DNA of 32,000 nt from Propionibacteriaceae bacterium (GCA_031256725.1 JAIRQE010000004.1:30001-62000); one strand, 5' to 3'; positions 17,179 through 27,309 are shown, counted from the first letter of the stretch. The notes: generated by a model not told the origin, from the sequence alone. Translations and numbers: made by a program.

Positions 17179-18410
17179 CGAGGTACACCTGAACTCGTCA
17201 TATACAATCGGGGATGCTCATCCATGGTCACATGTACCTCAAGCCAGTCCCCTGTCGTGGACCAAACCCTCCAAGAGATCTGATCCTGGGTACACCCAGT
17301 GACCTCCATCTCACCATCAACGATCCACGGGTGAGTTCTGCGGACATGGATAGCTCTCTTAGTGGAATTTAGGGTGTACTCCCCAGCCTCATCCCATCCA
17401 CCTGGATGATCCGTGAGGACAGGTCGGATCTCGTCATCCCCACTCCATCCTTCTTCCTTGAGTCCGGTAAATCCCAGTTCATCCCCATAGTAGATTGCGG
17501 GCATCCCTGGCAGGGTCATGATGATCTCGGTTGCTACGGCGGCAGCTTCTGAGCCAACCTGAGTGGCAATCCTGGTCACATCATGGTTACTTACGAAGGT
17601 CCATGGAATCCCATGCCCACGAGTACCACCATGTCGAGTGAGCGTCCACTGAAGTTCATGGGGGTTTCGATCCTTGAGGGAACTCCAGATCGCCTTCCAG
17701 AGTTCGTACTGAGTGATGGACCCAAACCCACCATGATCAACCATGGCAGGGTAATCCCCATGGAGTACCTCAGCCACACTGAGAAAGTCGGGGTGCGAGG
17801 CTCGTACCCTGGAAAGAACCTTTGCCCAGAAGTCTAAAGGCACCCGGTAGGCTGCATCCAAGCGCCATCCATCAGCACCACGCTCAAGCCAATGATTCAT
17901 CACCTGAACAACATAATCGGCGACTTCTTCATGGGAGTGGTCCAACTCAACTAGGGAATCATGGCCCTCAAACCTGGAGAGCCCCTGAGGATCATTCTCA
18001 TCAAGGCGAAACAGACGCGCACTCGGCGAATCAAGACCATCTCGAAGAACAGCCACAACATCATCATGATCGCGTGAGACATGGTTGAAGACACCGTCAA
18101 CCAAAACACGTATCCCACGCGAATGGCAAGCAGCAACAAGAGAATCAAAATCCGAATCATCACCCAAGCGTGGATCGATGCGCAGATGATCAGTCACATC
18201 GTACCCATGTGTGGTTGAGGCCCAGATCGGACCCAGCGCCAATCCGTTGCAACCCAACTCAAGGATGTACTCAAGCCAGGATTCCAGACGACCTAGGCGA
18301 TGGTGTATTCCTGGTTCATCTAGTTTACGAATCGGGGCGCCGCACGCACCTAGAGGATAGACGCTCCACCACAGAGCAGTTCTAGCCCATGATGGCGTGT
18401 GAGAGTTCAT
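17175..18410 (-). CDS. Cytoplasmic glycoside hydrolase family 13 (alpha-amylase family) protein
   Basis: 411-aa ORF with no signal peptide. The four GH13 regions are present: DGVFNHVS, GADGWRLDAAYRV, VAEVLHGDY and FVSNHDVTRI. The nucleophile Asp, acid/base Glu and transition-state Asp are all present. Confidence 0.85.
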   Translation of the reverse strand: MNSHTPSWARTALWWSVYPLGACGAPIRKLDEPGIHHRLGRLESWLEYILELGCNGLALGPIWASTTHGYDVTDHLRIDPRLGDDSDFDSLVAACHSRGIRVLVDGVFNHVSRDHDDVVAVLRDGLDSPSARLFRLDENDPQGLSRFEGHDSLVELDHSHEEVADYVVQVMNHWLERGADGWRLDAAYRVPLDFWAKVLSRVRASHPDFLSVAEVLHGDYPAMVDHGGFGSITQYELWKAIWSSLKDRNPHELQWTLTRHGGTRGHGIPWTFVSNHDVTRIATQVGSEAAAVATEIIMTLPGMPAIYYGDELGFTGLKEEGWSGDDEIRPVLTDHPGGWDEAGEYTLNSTKRAIHVRRTHPWIVDGEMEVTGCTQDQISWRVWSTTGDWLEVHVTMDEHPRLYMTSSGVPR

Positions 18411-18985
18411 CGGAAATGGATTCCCATGAGTACTCCCCGCCCGATGGTGTGTGGTACAGCTGTTGCTGCAGCCAAATCAGGAGCGGTACGACGGCCGTGG
18501 GGCAGTTCAAGCTGTTCCACATCAAGGGCATGGACAGCGAAGAAGTACCGATGTGGTCGATCCCCTTTTGGGGGGTTGGCTCCGGCGTACCCTAAGGTGC
18601 CACGATCATTGGGAAGGTCGAGAGCGTCTTCAATACCTATCGAGGACGCAGGTCTAAAGAAACGTGAGGCGAGGGCTTTCATCATTGAGGTCGAATTACC
18701 GGATGGAACTGAGGTGATCGATACAGGTATATCCGCGACCAGCCACAAGAAGGTACCCCCCTCTTTCACAGAATCTGGATCGAAACAGGTGAGGAGGAAG
18801 CTCTGCGTGTTTTCGGGGAACCCCAACCATTCCAAGTGTGGAGAGATGGAACCACCCTCTGAGGTTTGAGCCTCAGGCAGAGCTTGACCATCCTCGATAT
18901 CAGTACTGGTGAGTTGAAAGCTTGGAACCTGCGGCAAATATGAGTAGGGATCAGGCGCAACAGGGCGGTTCTTATCAATTGCCAC
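18407..18985 (-). CDS. YbhB/YbcL-family PEBP (Raf kinase inhibitor-like) protein
   Basis: 192-aa ORF with PEBP motifs (ISPHLEW, FLLTCFDPD, YAGANPPKGDRPHRYFFAVHALD). It overlaps the GH13 gene by ATGA. Confidence 0.85.
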   Translation of the reverse strand: MAIDKNRPVAPDPYSYLPQVPSFQLTSTDIEDGQALPEAQTSEGGSISPHLEWLGFPENTQSFLLTCFDPDSVKEGGTFLWLVADIPVSITSVPSGNSTSMMKALASRFFRPASSIGIEDALDLPNDRGTLGYAGANPPKGDRPHRYFFAVHALDVEQLELPHGRRTAPDLAAATAVPHTIGRGVLMGIHFR

Positions 18986-19116
18986 GAATTAATCCTATCG
19001 TCCAGCTTGGTTCACGGGAAACTGTTTCAGATGAGGCCAACCGAATCTTTTGAATGAATCCCCAAGACTCCTCAGGTCATTCACAGTCACGATAGCAGAA
19101 CTGGTCTGCATAGGAA

Positions 19117-20412
19117 TTGCAGGGATCACCCTGCTATGCTCCGTGTGTGGATCATCGATACCCCTTGTTTTCATCCCAGACCTCCAATGGTATTCGCGTT
19201 GTCGTGAACCCTGATCCGTGGGTTTCAGGAGTCGCGGTGAATCTTTGGTACGAAGTCGGCTCAGCCCATGAAATTCCTGGTAAAACGGGGTTTGCTCACC
19301 TCTTTGAGCATTTGATGTTCTCAGGGTCCGCCAATGTTGGCAATGGGGAACATCTGGCACTCATGCAAACCATCGGCGGACACTGCAATGCCACAACGAG
19401 CTTTGATCGAACAAACTATTACGAGACTGTACCTCGGGGAGGATTGGATCTCGCCCTATGGTTGGAGGCGGATCGACTCTCATCCCTTCTTGACAGTGTT
19501 GATATTGATAATCTCAATACCCAACGTGATGTGGTCAAAGAGGAGAAGAGGCAACGCTATGACAATGTTCCCTATGGTGATGTTTTCCAGCGCATTATGG
19601 GTTTGGTTTTCCCCGAGAACCACCCCTATGCACATATGCCGATTGGGTCAATGGAGGATCTGGATTCCGCTAGTTTGGAGGATGTCCATTCCTTCTTCCA
19701 TACCCATTACAGCCCACAGAATCTGATCCTTACCCTTGCTGGTGCCATTGAACCTGACGAGGGGTTTTCATTAGTCGACAAGTATTTTGGCCACATTCCT
19801 CCAGGGAAAAAGACTACTGATCTTGATCTGAGATCCCTTCCATTTTTGACGGGTATTCCCCGGTTAGAGGTTAGTGCTGATGTACCACAGGATGTGATCT
19901 ACTGCTGTTGGCTTGTGCCCCCCATTGCAGATGATGTCAATGATGCTCTCACTCTTGGGTTGACCACCTTGTCAGGGTCGATGACTTCCCGCCTCCATGA
20001 TGCCCTAGTGAAAACTGAACTCGCCGACTCTGTGGATTCCTTCGATCTTGGACTCGTGAACGGAAACTCGGTCATCATCACGACGGCAGCCTGCGCGGAT
20101 GAAGTATCACCTGAACGACTTGAAAAAGAACTCATCATAACCCTTGATAATTTCTGTGATGAGGGCCCCACTCAAGCAGAATTACTGAGGGCAAAGAAAG
20201 CTGAGGAACGAGAGTTCTACTCCGATTTGGCGAACATCGAATCTCGCGCAGACAACATCAGCGCCTCATTGTCGTACTTTGGTGATCCTGAAGAACTTGC
20301 GAGACACCTCGACATCATTCAAAGCTTGAATACCACCGACATCCATACAAGTGTGAGTACATGGATGAGACCAGAAAACCGCGCAGTGATGACCTATAGG
20401 AGTGCTCGATGA
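19117..20412 (+). CDS. M16 (pitrilysin) family zinc peptidase, catalytic subunit
   Basis: 431-aa ORF with the inverted zinc motif HLFEHLMF and the downstream RDVVKEEKRQR glutamate region. The start is uncertain (TTG at 19117 or GTG at 19147). Confidence 0.85.
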   Translation: MQGSPCYAPCVDHRYPLFSSQTSNGIRVVVNPDPWVSGVAVNLWYEVGSAHEIPGKTGFAHLFEHLMFSGSANVGNGEHLALMQTIGGHCNATTSFDRTNYYETVPRGGLDLALWLEADRLSSLLDSVDIDNLNTQRDVVKEEKRQRYDNVPYGDVFQRIMGLVFPENHPYAHMPIGSMEDLDSASLEDVHSFFHTHYSPQNLILTLAGAIEPDEGFSLVDKYFGHIPPGKKTTDLDLRSLPFLTGIPRLEVSADVPQDVIYCCWLVPPIADDVNDALTLGLTTLSGSMTSRLHDALVKTELADSVDSFDLGLVNGNSVIITTAACADEVSPERLEKELIITLDNFCDEGPTQAELLRAKKAEEREFYSDLANIESRADNISASLSYFGDPEELARHLDIIQSLNTTDIHTSVSTWMRPENRAVMTYRSAR

Positions 20413-21713
20413 TCCCCCGCCCTTCGATCCTCCCCTCCCCTGGCTGGACCTTCCCTCTCCCAACAGTAACCACCCTAGACAATGGCCTATCTGTATGGGC
20501 CTACAACCTCCCAGGCCAATACATTCTTGCCTGTACCCTAGTCCTTGACCTGCCACTCAATTGTGAGCCCCACAATTGTGAGGGAGTTGGTACTTTAGCT
20601 GTGCGTACCCTGGATGAAGGAACCATAACCCATCCAAGTTCCGAGTACGCCATCGCCCTTGAAGAGGTGGGAGCCACCTTCCATGGAATGGTGGGATTCT
20701 CAACAACCCAATGCCTCCTTGATCTTCCCTATGACAGTTTGTATCAGGGACTCGGGCTTCTTGCTGAAGCAGTGACCTCACCCGCCTATGCTGACGAGGA
20801 TGTACACAGAATTCAAGCCAATCGTCTTTTCGAGATCGAACAACAAGAATCACGGGGTTCCTTTCTGGCCTCGGCGGCCTTGAGGAAGTCCCTGCTGAAC
20901 TCGGATCTGAGGATCTCGCGTCCTGCTGGTGGATCCCATGAGCAAGTTTCTCGCCTGACACGAAAAGATGTCTATGACTACCATCGCAAGTTCTATAGTC
21001 CCGAGGGGGCAACTCTGATCATCTCTGGGGATCTCAGATCTGTCGATGTCATGGATGCAGTCAACAATGGATTCTCGACCTGGAACCCCACGACTGAGAC
21101 ACGGATCCCCCAGGTTTCATCACCTGGCAGCGCCCAGTCACATCTCATTCACCGTGAAGGTTCAGTACAGTCGGACATTCGCCTCGGGTGGTTTGGAATT
21201 GATAGAAAAGATCCCCGCTGGCCTGCCCTTCAGGTCGCCTTAGCCATCATGGGTGGTACCTTCAATTCTCGTCTCAACACAGCCTTGCGGGAAGAGAAGG
21301 GGTACACCTATGGTGTGTCGATGAATGCCCATCCCTTCCGTCAGTACGGAACCATAGATGTGGCAACCTCCACGCGTACCTCAACAACAGCAGATCTCAT
21401 CGCGTATGCAAAAGAAATCCTCAAAGCCGACACACCCTTCACTGAGGATGAGGTACGAGATGCCATCGGGTACCTCACCTTGTCAGCCCCGCTGGCATTG
21501 GACACAGCGGATGCAGTTGCTGCCCAGGCCGCAACCATTGCAGCGGCTCAGTTAGACCTCGACCATGTGAGTACAAGCTTGGCTACTCTCAATCTGGTTA
21601 CACCGAAGTCCGCTATGGAAGCCTTCAAGGACCTTGTCGATCCTGAGAAAGTAACCACCATCGTCGTGGGTGATTCCCATGAGATCTCAGACCAAGGGAT
21701 CAGCTTCGACTAG
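20409..21713 (+). CDS. M16 family peptidase-like protein, non-catalytic partner (no HxxEH)
   Basis: 434-aa ORF overlapping the upstream gene by ATGA. Its length and architecture are M16-like, but the zinc-motif position reads EGVGTLAVRTLDEGT. Confidence 0.8.
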   Translation: MIPRPSILPSPGWTFPLPTVTTLDNGLSVWAYNLPGQYILACTLVLDLPLNCEPHNCEGVGTLAVRTLDEGTITHPSSEYAIALEEVGATFHGMVGFSTTQCLLDLPYDSLYQGLGLLAEAVTSPAYADEDVHRIQANRLFEIEQQESRGSFLASAALRKSLLNSDLRISRPAGGSHEQVSRLTRKDVYDYHRKFYSPEGATLIISGDLRSVDVMDAVNNGFSTWNPTTETRIPQVSSPGSAQSHLIHREGSVQSDIRLGWFGIDRKDPRWPALQVALAIMGGTFNSRLNTALREEKGYTYGVSMNAHPFRQYGTIDVATSTRTSTTADLIAYAKEILKADTPFTEDEVRDAIGYLTLSAPLALDTADAVAAQAATIAAAQLDLDHVSTSLATLNLVTPKSAMEAFKDLVDPEKVTTIVVGDSHEISDQGISFD

Positions 21714-21715
21714 GG

Positions 21716-24595
21716 TCACTGCCCCATAGCTTTGACTGCTCTTTCCACCGCAGCCTTAGCGGCTTCATTTGCGGTTTGATAGGCACCAAGATCACCACTG
21801 TTGAGAGCCTCCTGAGCAGCCTGGAACTGAGTCTCAGCTTCAGCAAGAGCGCTTTGAATGATCTCGTCCTTGGTCATACCTGACTCATCAGGTACCTCTC
21901 CAGGAACGGTTGTTTCATCTGTCTCACCAGTCTCAACTCCAGCATCACCAGAGAAGATCTTGTCGAGTGCTCCTTGAAGGGTGTCAGAGATCCCTACCTG
22001 GGTTCCGAAGCGAACTACAACGAATCTGAGGATCGGGAAGGCCGCATCCGTATTCACCTGCCTGGTATAGATCGGCTCCACATAGAGCAAACCACCACCA
22101 AGCGGAATAGTGAGAAGGTTGCCCTTCTGAGCCTTCGCAGACGAGCTTTCCGAGGAATAGGGCAAGAGTACCGACGACACCCGCTCATCAGCCATCATGG
22201 AGTTATAGGCCTGACCTGGACCATCAATCTGCTGAGTATCAGACATCCTGAGTATCCTGATCTGCCCATATTGTGGTGAGGTAGCCTCCGCGACCACAGA
22301 CATGTAGCCAGCAAGATTCTCCCTGTTATTCGGGGTGTACACCGTTGTCTGACTGAACAATGGCCCCTCATCCCCAGGGATGGTTTGCCCATTAACCTTG
22401 GCCTCGGGCCATTTGATCGACAGGAAGTAGGTCGGTTCCTTTGCTCCACTGGCGCGTTCCTTGACCGGATATCCTGGGATCCTCCACAGATCGGAGTTGT
22501 TGTACCAAGCCTGCGGGTTGACCATGTGGTACCGAGCCAGAATATGGCGCTGAATCTTGAACAGATCCTCGGGATAGCGCATGTGGGAGAGCAAGTCTTC
22601 GGAGATTGATGACTTGGGCTGGACAGAACCTGGGAAGACACCCATCCATGTTTGAAGGATCGGATCGGATTCATCCCATGCATAGAGGGTAACTGTTCCA
22701 TCATAGGCATCAACAACGGCTTTAACCGAGTTCCGAATGTAGTTGATCTCCGACTTCAAGATATAGGGGTCCGCATTCGGATTCGATAAGATGTCCGAGA
22801 GCGCATCATTAACGTCGACTCGTTGAGAGTTCGGATAGTTGACCGAGGTGGTGTAGGCATCCACAATCCATACGATTCGACCATCCACGATTGCGGGATA
22901 GATGTCGGAATCCGTGATCAGCCACGGGGCGACTGAATGCACCCTCTCTTGGGGGGTACGGTTATAGAGGATCTTCGACTGAGAGTTCACACGGTCCGAG
23001 AGCAACATATTCACTGATGCGAATCGTGTCGCGTAGAGGATCCTATTGAAGAAGTTGCCGATAGACACACCACCAGCACCCTTGTAGGTGTAGTACTGTT
23101 CGCCAATTTCTTCGCCGCCACCAGGGGTATCAAACTCAATCGAATCCTGACCCTCTTCACGACCAACGATGACATAGTCAGTGGTCTTCTCTCCGTGATA
23201 GATCCTGGGCTCAGACGCTATAAGTGGGCCTACTGAAGGAATATCTCTGGCAAGCCATTCTGGTTCCCCATCAGCTTGACGCTTATTCCCATAAGCCGCA
23301 ACGATGCCATAACCATGGGTGTACACAGTGTGCAGGTTATTCCAGTTCTGGACTGAAGCCTCCAAGCCGGAGTGGTACATTTCTCGGGCAGCAAGAACCA
23401 CGTCAGTCTGTTTCCCGTCGATGACATAGCGGTCAACATCCAAAACATTGGCGAAGTTATAGTAGCCACGTACCTGTTGAAGCTGCTCGAAGGTATCCTG
23501 GACCATCTCAGGGTCGATCAACCGGATCCCTGGAAGGGCCTCAGCGTCGGACTTCAACTGACCAGCAGTTGTCGTGGTCACAGCCGAATAGTCCGCGACC
23601 TGTACATCAGCAACACCGTAGGCTTCGCGAGTCGCTTTGATGTTCATTTCCATGTACGGACGCTCTTTATCCGGCTCAGTCGGATTCACAGTGAAGGATT
23701 GCACGAACGCTGGGTACACTCCGCCGATCACGAGAGAAGAAACCACTACAAGTGCGACCGAAATCAAAGGGAGTCTCCAGGTTCGAGCGGCAGCCGTAGC
23801 GAAGAAGAGGATAGCTGTCAGCAAAGCAATGACTGCCAAGATGAGATTCGCCTGCAATTGTGCGTGATCAGAGGTATAGCTGAGACCATCCAAGAGTTGG
23901 CCTGAGGTGACGAGCACTCCATAGCGATCAAGGATCTTGGTGATCCCATACCCAATGGTGATCAGACCCAAGAGGATTCCAATATGAATATGGGCTCCCT
24001 TGGTGGTGGCCCTACGCCCATTGACAAGGGACAGGAAGCTGCCATTGAGAAAGTGAGCAGCCAAGGCTGCGATGGCAGAGATGACAACCACTGCCATAAA
24101 GAAGGTTGAGACAGTGCGATACCACGGGTACTCAAAGATATAGAAGGCGACATCCAAGCCGAAGCGGGCATCCGTTGTACCAAAGGGAACACGGTTCACC
24201 CATGCGAGATAGGTATGAATATTCCCTAGCCATGAAGCTCCAGCCATGAAGCCAAAGACAAGCGCTGGTACAAGGATGAGGGCTTTACGTCGAATCCCTG
24301 TGAGATCACCCAGGGCTGCTTGGATAGGTGTCTTCGTCCCTGGAAGAGACTTCGCCCGTAATCCAAGCCAAATATTGAGACCCACAGCGCCACCCATGAT
24401 GAGGGCACCAATGATGAAGAGGACTACTTTGGTCCCCAATTGGGTAGTGAATACTTGGTGATACCCAACGGAATCAAACCAAAGGTGGTCTGTCCATATT
24501 TGGGCAAAGACGGTGAACGCGTAAATCACGATAGCCAAGATCACAACAGCGGGTATTAACGCCCGTGAACGCGTTGGGGATTCAGTGGATGCCAC
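21716..24595 (-). CDS. UPF0182 family large membrane protein
   Basis: 959-aa ORF with a GTG start preceded by AGGAGG. An N-terminal block of about 7 hydrophobic helices is followed by a large soluble region and an Ala/Glu/Gln-rich tail. Size and layout match actinobacterial UPF0182 proteins (from memory, the M. tuberculosis Rv3193c type). Confidence 0.8.
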   Translation of the reverse strand: MASTESPTRSRALIPAVVILAIVIYAFTVFAQIWTDHLWFDSVGYHQVFTTQLGTKVVLFIIGALIMGGAVGLNIWLGLRAKSLPGTKTPIQAALGDLTGIRRKALILVPALVFGFMAGASWLGNIHTYLAWVNRVPFGTTDARFGLDVAFYIFEYPWYRTVSTFFMAVVVISAIAALAAHFLNGSFLSLVNGRRATTKGAHIHIGILLGLITIGYGITKILDRYGVLVTSGQLLDGLSYTSDHAQLQANLILAVIALLTAILFFATAAARTWRLPLISVALVVVSSLVIGGVYPAFVQSFTVNPTEPDKERPYMEMNIKATREAYGVADVQVADYSAVTTTTAGQLKSDAEALPGIRLIDPEMVQDTFEQLQQVRGYYNFANVLDVDRYVIDGKQTDVVLAAREMYHSGLEASVQNWNNLHTVYTHGYGIVAAYGNKRQADGEPEWLARDIPSVGPLIASEPRIYHGEKTTDYVIVGREEGQDSIEFDTPGGGEEIGEQYYTYKGAGGVSIGNFFNRILYATRFASVNMLLSDRVNSQSKILYNRTPQERVHSVAPWLITDSDIYPAIVDGRIVWIVDAYTTSVNYPNSQRVDVNDALSDILSNPNADPYILKSEINYIRNSVKAVVDAYDGTVTLYAWDESDPILQTWMGVFPGSVQPKSSISEDLLSHMRYPEDLFKIQRHILARYHMVNPQAWYNNSDLWRIPGYPVKERASGAKEPTYFLSIKWPEAKVNGQTIPGDEGPLFSQTTVYTPNNRENLAGYMSVVAEATSPQYGQIRILRMSDTQQIDGPGQAYNSMMADERVSSVLLPYSSESSSAKAQKGNLLTIPLGGGLLYVEPIYTRQVNTDAAFPILRFVVVRFGTQVGISDTLQGALDKIFSGDAGVETGETDETTVPGEVPDESGMTKDEIIQSALAEAETQFQAAQEALNSGDLGAYQTANEAAKAAVERAVKAMGQ

Positions 24596-24666
24596 AAAGC
24601 CTCCTGAGGAATATAGGTGTCTACCTATCCTAGCCTATGACCCCATATTTGTGAGGCAGAGCCTAG

Positions 24667-25710
24667 TTAACACCGAGGGATTCTGGCCCCACCTTGGACA
24701 TATTCCTTCAAGGCATCCTCAACTTGGGTTAACGACTCGACTGGGATGATCGTCATTCCCGTAAAATCCCCATGCAGATCCGAACAATTCAACCGTGGCA
24801 TAAAGAACAGTTCCGCACGAGCATTGGCTGCGCTGTGGGCGTGTTCACTGATGCCCACGACTGGGGTCACTTCACCGGAAGCTGCCACACGTCCTGCAGC
24901 AGCAATGATGGCACCATCAATCACATCAGTTTCAGTGAGCATGTCATAGGTGGTTAATGCTAGGGCTAGCCCTTCCGATGGGGCACCGGAGTCAACATCG
25001 ACTCTGAACCGGATCTCAGGAGCATAAAGATACCCAGTTCCAACAGTAGTACCCATGGTTGGTACGGTTCCATCCGTGGAGGACCCTTGAAGCTTCGGAA
25101 TGGAGAGCACTAGGGTTTCCTGGTTACGCAGTACTGTCACAACGATTTGGTCCCCCACCTGCTTGTTATTGCGAATGTACTGTCGAACATCATGGGCTGT
25201 GCTCATGGGCGTGTCATCAATCGCAACAATGAAGTCACCGATTTCAAGGATCTGATAAGCAGGACCCTGCGGCCCAACGTTCACGATTTTGGGGCCTTCA
25301 GAAACCTTGATTCCTGCCTGTCTCACACCGGCAGCTAAGGCCGCCTCTCTGGAAGTCTCAACATCGGATCTTCGTACTCTCAGAGCCTCTTCAACAGACT
25401 GTCCAGGGGAATAAACCGCATCACGAGGAAGTACTGCCCTACTAGGAAGAAGATAGTTGATAATAAGTTCAGGGAGGTTAATCGTGGAGGTTTGCCCGGT
25501 TTGTACCATAGATGTCGCCAGAATCTTTCCCGAAGAACTATGTGAGGGTACCCCTGTGATGGACATAACAGGATCTCCACTGGTTGCCCCCAAGAGATTG
25601 GTAGAGGGGCCTGGCGCCCAGACAACAAAGTTGACTGGTACAAGGAGCACCACCAAGGTCATAGCAACCAGGACACTAGCAGCGCTGATTGGGGTCCACA
25701 TCTTTTTCAC
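24667..25710 (-). CDS. Membrane-anchored PDZ domain protein with Lon-protease-C-like domain (YlbL/Rv3194c-like)
   Basis: 347-aa ORF with a GTG start preceded by GAAGGAGGG. It has an N-terminal anchor helix, a central PDZ-like segment (GPAYQILEIGDFIVAIDDTPMSTAHDVRQYI...GDQIVVTVLR) and a C-terminal LonC-like segment (GAPSEGLALALTTYDMLT...). Confidence 0.8.
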   Translation of the reverse strand: MKKMWTPISAASVLVAMTLVVLLVPVNFVVWAPGPSTNLLGATSGDPVMSITGVPSHSSSGKILATSMVQTGQTSTINLPELIINYLLPSRAVLPRDAVYSPGQSVEEALRVRRSDVETSREAALAAGVRQAGIKVSEGPKIVNVGPQGPAYQILEIGDFIVAIDDTPMSTAHDVRQYIRNNKQVGDQIVVTVLRNQETLVLSIPKLQGSSTDGTVPTMGTTVGTGYLYAPEIRFRVDVDSGAPSEGLALALTTYDMLTETDVIDGAIIAAAGRVAASGEVTPVVGISEHAHSAANARAELFFMPRLNCSDLHGDFTGMTIIPVESLTQVEDALKEYVQGGARIPRC

Positions 25711-25826
25711 ATCTGCCCTCCTTCGATCAACTCTATCGAATAGTTCACAAACCCTGGGCTCTGGTGGGTGAAATGTTACATTCCCTCACGAAAATAAGGG
25801 AGAATGGACATCAGAAGGAGGCCGAT

Positions 25827-27158
25827 ATGGATCCGTTTGAACAGTTCTACGGTCAATCTGAGGATGATCCACTAGATGCTTTAAGGAAGCTCCTGCGTGA
25901 TCTAGGTCTGCCTGATGACATTGATGTCAATGATGCGCAGGCGCGTACTGACCTCTTCCGTACCATGATGCAGCGTTTCATGCCTTCCGAAGGTATGTCT
26001 GACGATGAGATGGTGTGGTCGACAGTACGACAGATGGCTCGTCATCTTGTTGCCTCTTTGGGACCGGATCCTTCAGGGAGTTCACGAGCCGCCCGACAGG
26101 TATCCGATGCTGTACACCTTGCTGAATTATGGCTCTCAGAAGCTACGGTTCTTCCACCAGTATCCATGACTTCAGTTGTGTGGAGTCGTGCAGAGTGGAT
26201 TGAGAACACGCTTGCTGCATGGAAGTCCATGCTTGAACCGGTCATTGGCATTCTGACGGCAGGAGTCAATGACGCCACCCGATCTCACTTTGATGTCGAC
26301 TCAGAAGCTGAGACGGCTGAGATGCAGGCCGTACTTCGGCCTCTAGTATCCAAAGCAATATCAGCGATGTTTGGGGCACATGTCGGTGAGGGACTTGGCC
26401 AGGCAGCTACCTCAACAATGACGGGTACAGACTTTGGACTCCCCCTTATCCCCGAACCCATTATTGCCACCCTGCCCACCAATCTTGCAGCTGTGCAGCA
26501 TCAGACAGACCTGGAAGAAGAGGGGCTGTTGTTGTACTGCTCGTTGAGGGAGGTGGCTCGACAGAGGCTCTTCCACGAGGTTGCATGGATTGCTCCGCAA
26601 ATCATCGCTTTAGTTCAACACTATGCCCGCGAGATGAGAGTTGACCCTGATGTGATTACCACGGTAATGGAAAATGCTGTCATTGATCATCTGTCAGCCG
26701 ATAATCTTGCCTCTCAATCCGATTTCTCTGCTCTATTGTTTGCCCCTGATCAATCTGAGGAGCAGATCCAGATTCTTGCGCGCCTTCACACCTTGCTAGC
26801 CCTTGTCGAAGGATGGGTCGACAATGTCACCTCAACAGTTGCTCATCAATGGTTTCCTGGATGGGAACCTATTGCTGAATCCTTGAGGCGCCATCGAGCC
26901 ACCTCCAAGTCTGGACGATCCATCGTGACCCCTCTAATTGGTTTGGGTGCCAGTACTAAGGCCGTACGTGATGCAGCAAGTTTCTGGGAAACCATAAGAG
27001 TAGCCAAAGGTATTGAAGGCCGTGATGAGATTTGGAAGTACCCAGAGTCAATGCCCGAACCCCACGATATTTCTGATCCTCAAAGGTTCCTCAACAAGGC
27101 GCTACCAGAAAATGACCCCTTTGATGATGAATTAAGAAAATTCCTCGGAGAAGGATAG
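25827..27158 (+). CDS. Zincin-like (DUF2342 / Zincin_2-type) protein, probably not a functional metalloprotease
   Basis: The track ORF is 25689..27158. I prefer the ATG at 25827, preceded by GAAGGAGG, which removes the overlap with the divergent gene. The family assignment comes from overall pattern and synteny (from memory, Rv3195-like). The expected HExxH position reads REVAR (26547-26561). Confidence 0.7.
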   Translation: MDPFEQFYGQSEDDPLDALRKLLRDLGLPDDIDVNDAQARTDLFRTMMQRFMPSEGMSDDEMVWSTVRQMARHLVASLGPDPSGSSRAARQVSDAVHLAELWLSEATVLPPVSMTSVVWSRAEWIENTLAAWKSMLEPVIGILTAGVNDATRSHFDVDSEAETAEMQAVLRPLVSKAISAMFGAHVGEGLGQAATSTMTGTDFGLPLIPEPIIATLPTNLAAVQHQTDLEEEGLLLYCSLREVARQRLFHEVAWIAPQIIALVQHYAREMRVDPDVITTVMENAVIDHLSADNLASQSDFSALLFAPDQSEEQIQILARLHTLLALVEGWVDNVTSTVAHQWFPGWEPIAESLRRHRATSKSGRSIVTPLIGLGASTKAVRDAASFWETIRVAKGIEGRDEIWKYPESMPEPHDISDPQRFLNKALPENDPFDDELRKFLGEG

Positions 27159-27309
27159 GGCATTTCCCTTTAAAGATAACATCTATCCTTATATTTATCG
27201 CGACAGGGAAGACCAGAATTTGTGTCGGTGCAGCGAATACCGCAGTTCTACGCTACGGTTAGGATGTGATATTGAGGGCTGGACTGCCCTCACAACCTAG
27301 GAGGATACT

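Noticed and set aside
18399-19360. Plus-strand 156-aa ORF and minus-strand 121-aa ORF around the PEBP / M16 divergent region
   Set aside because: The first is antisense to the PEBP gene. The second overlaps the 5' end of the M16 gene and the intergenic promoter region. Neither has motifs or plausible composition.
25689-25826. 46-codon N-terminal extension of the zincin-like ORF, overlapping the divergent PDZ gene start
   Set aside because: The ATG at 25827 has a GAAGGAGG SD. The extension would overlap the neighbouring gene and its ribosome-binding site.
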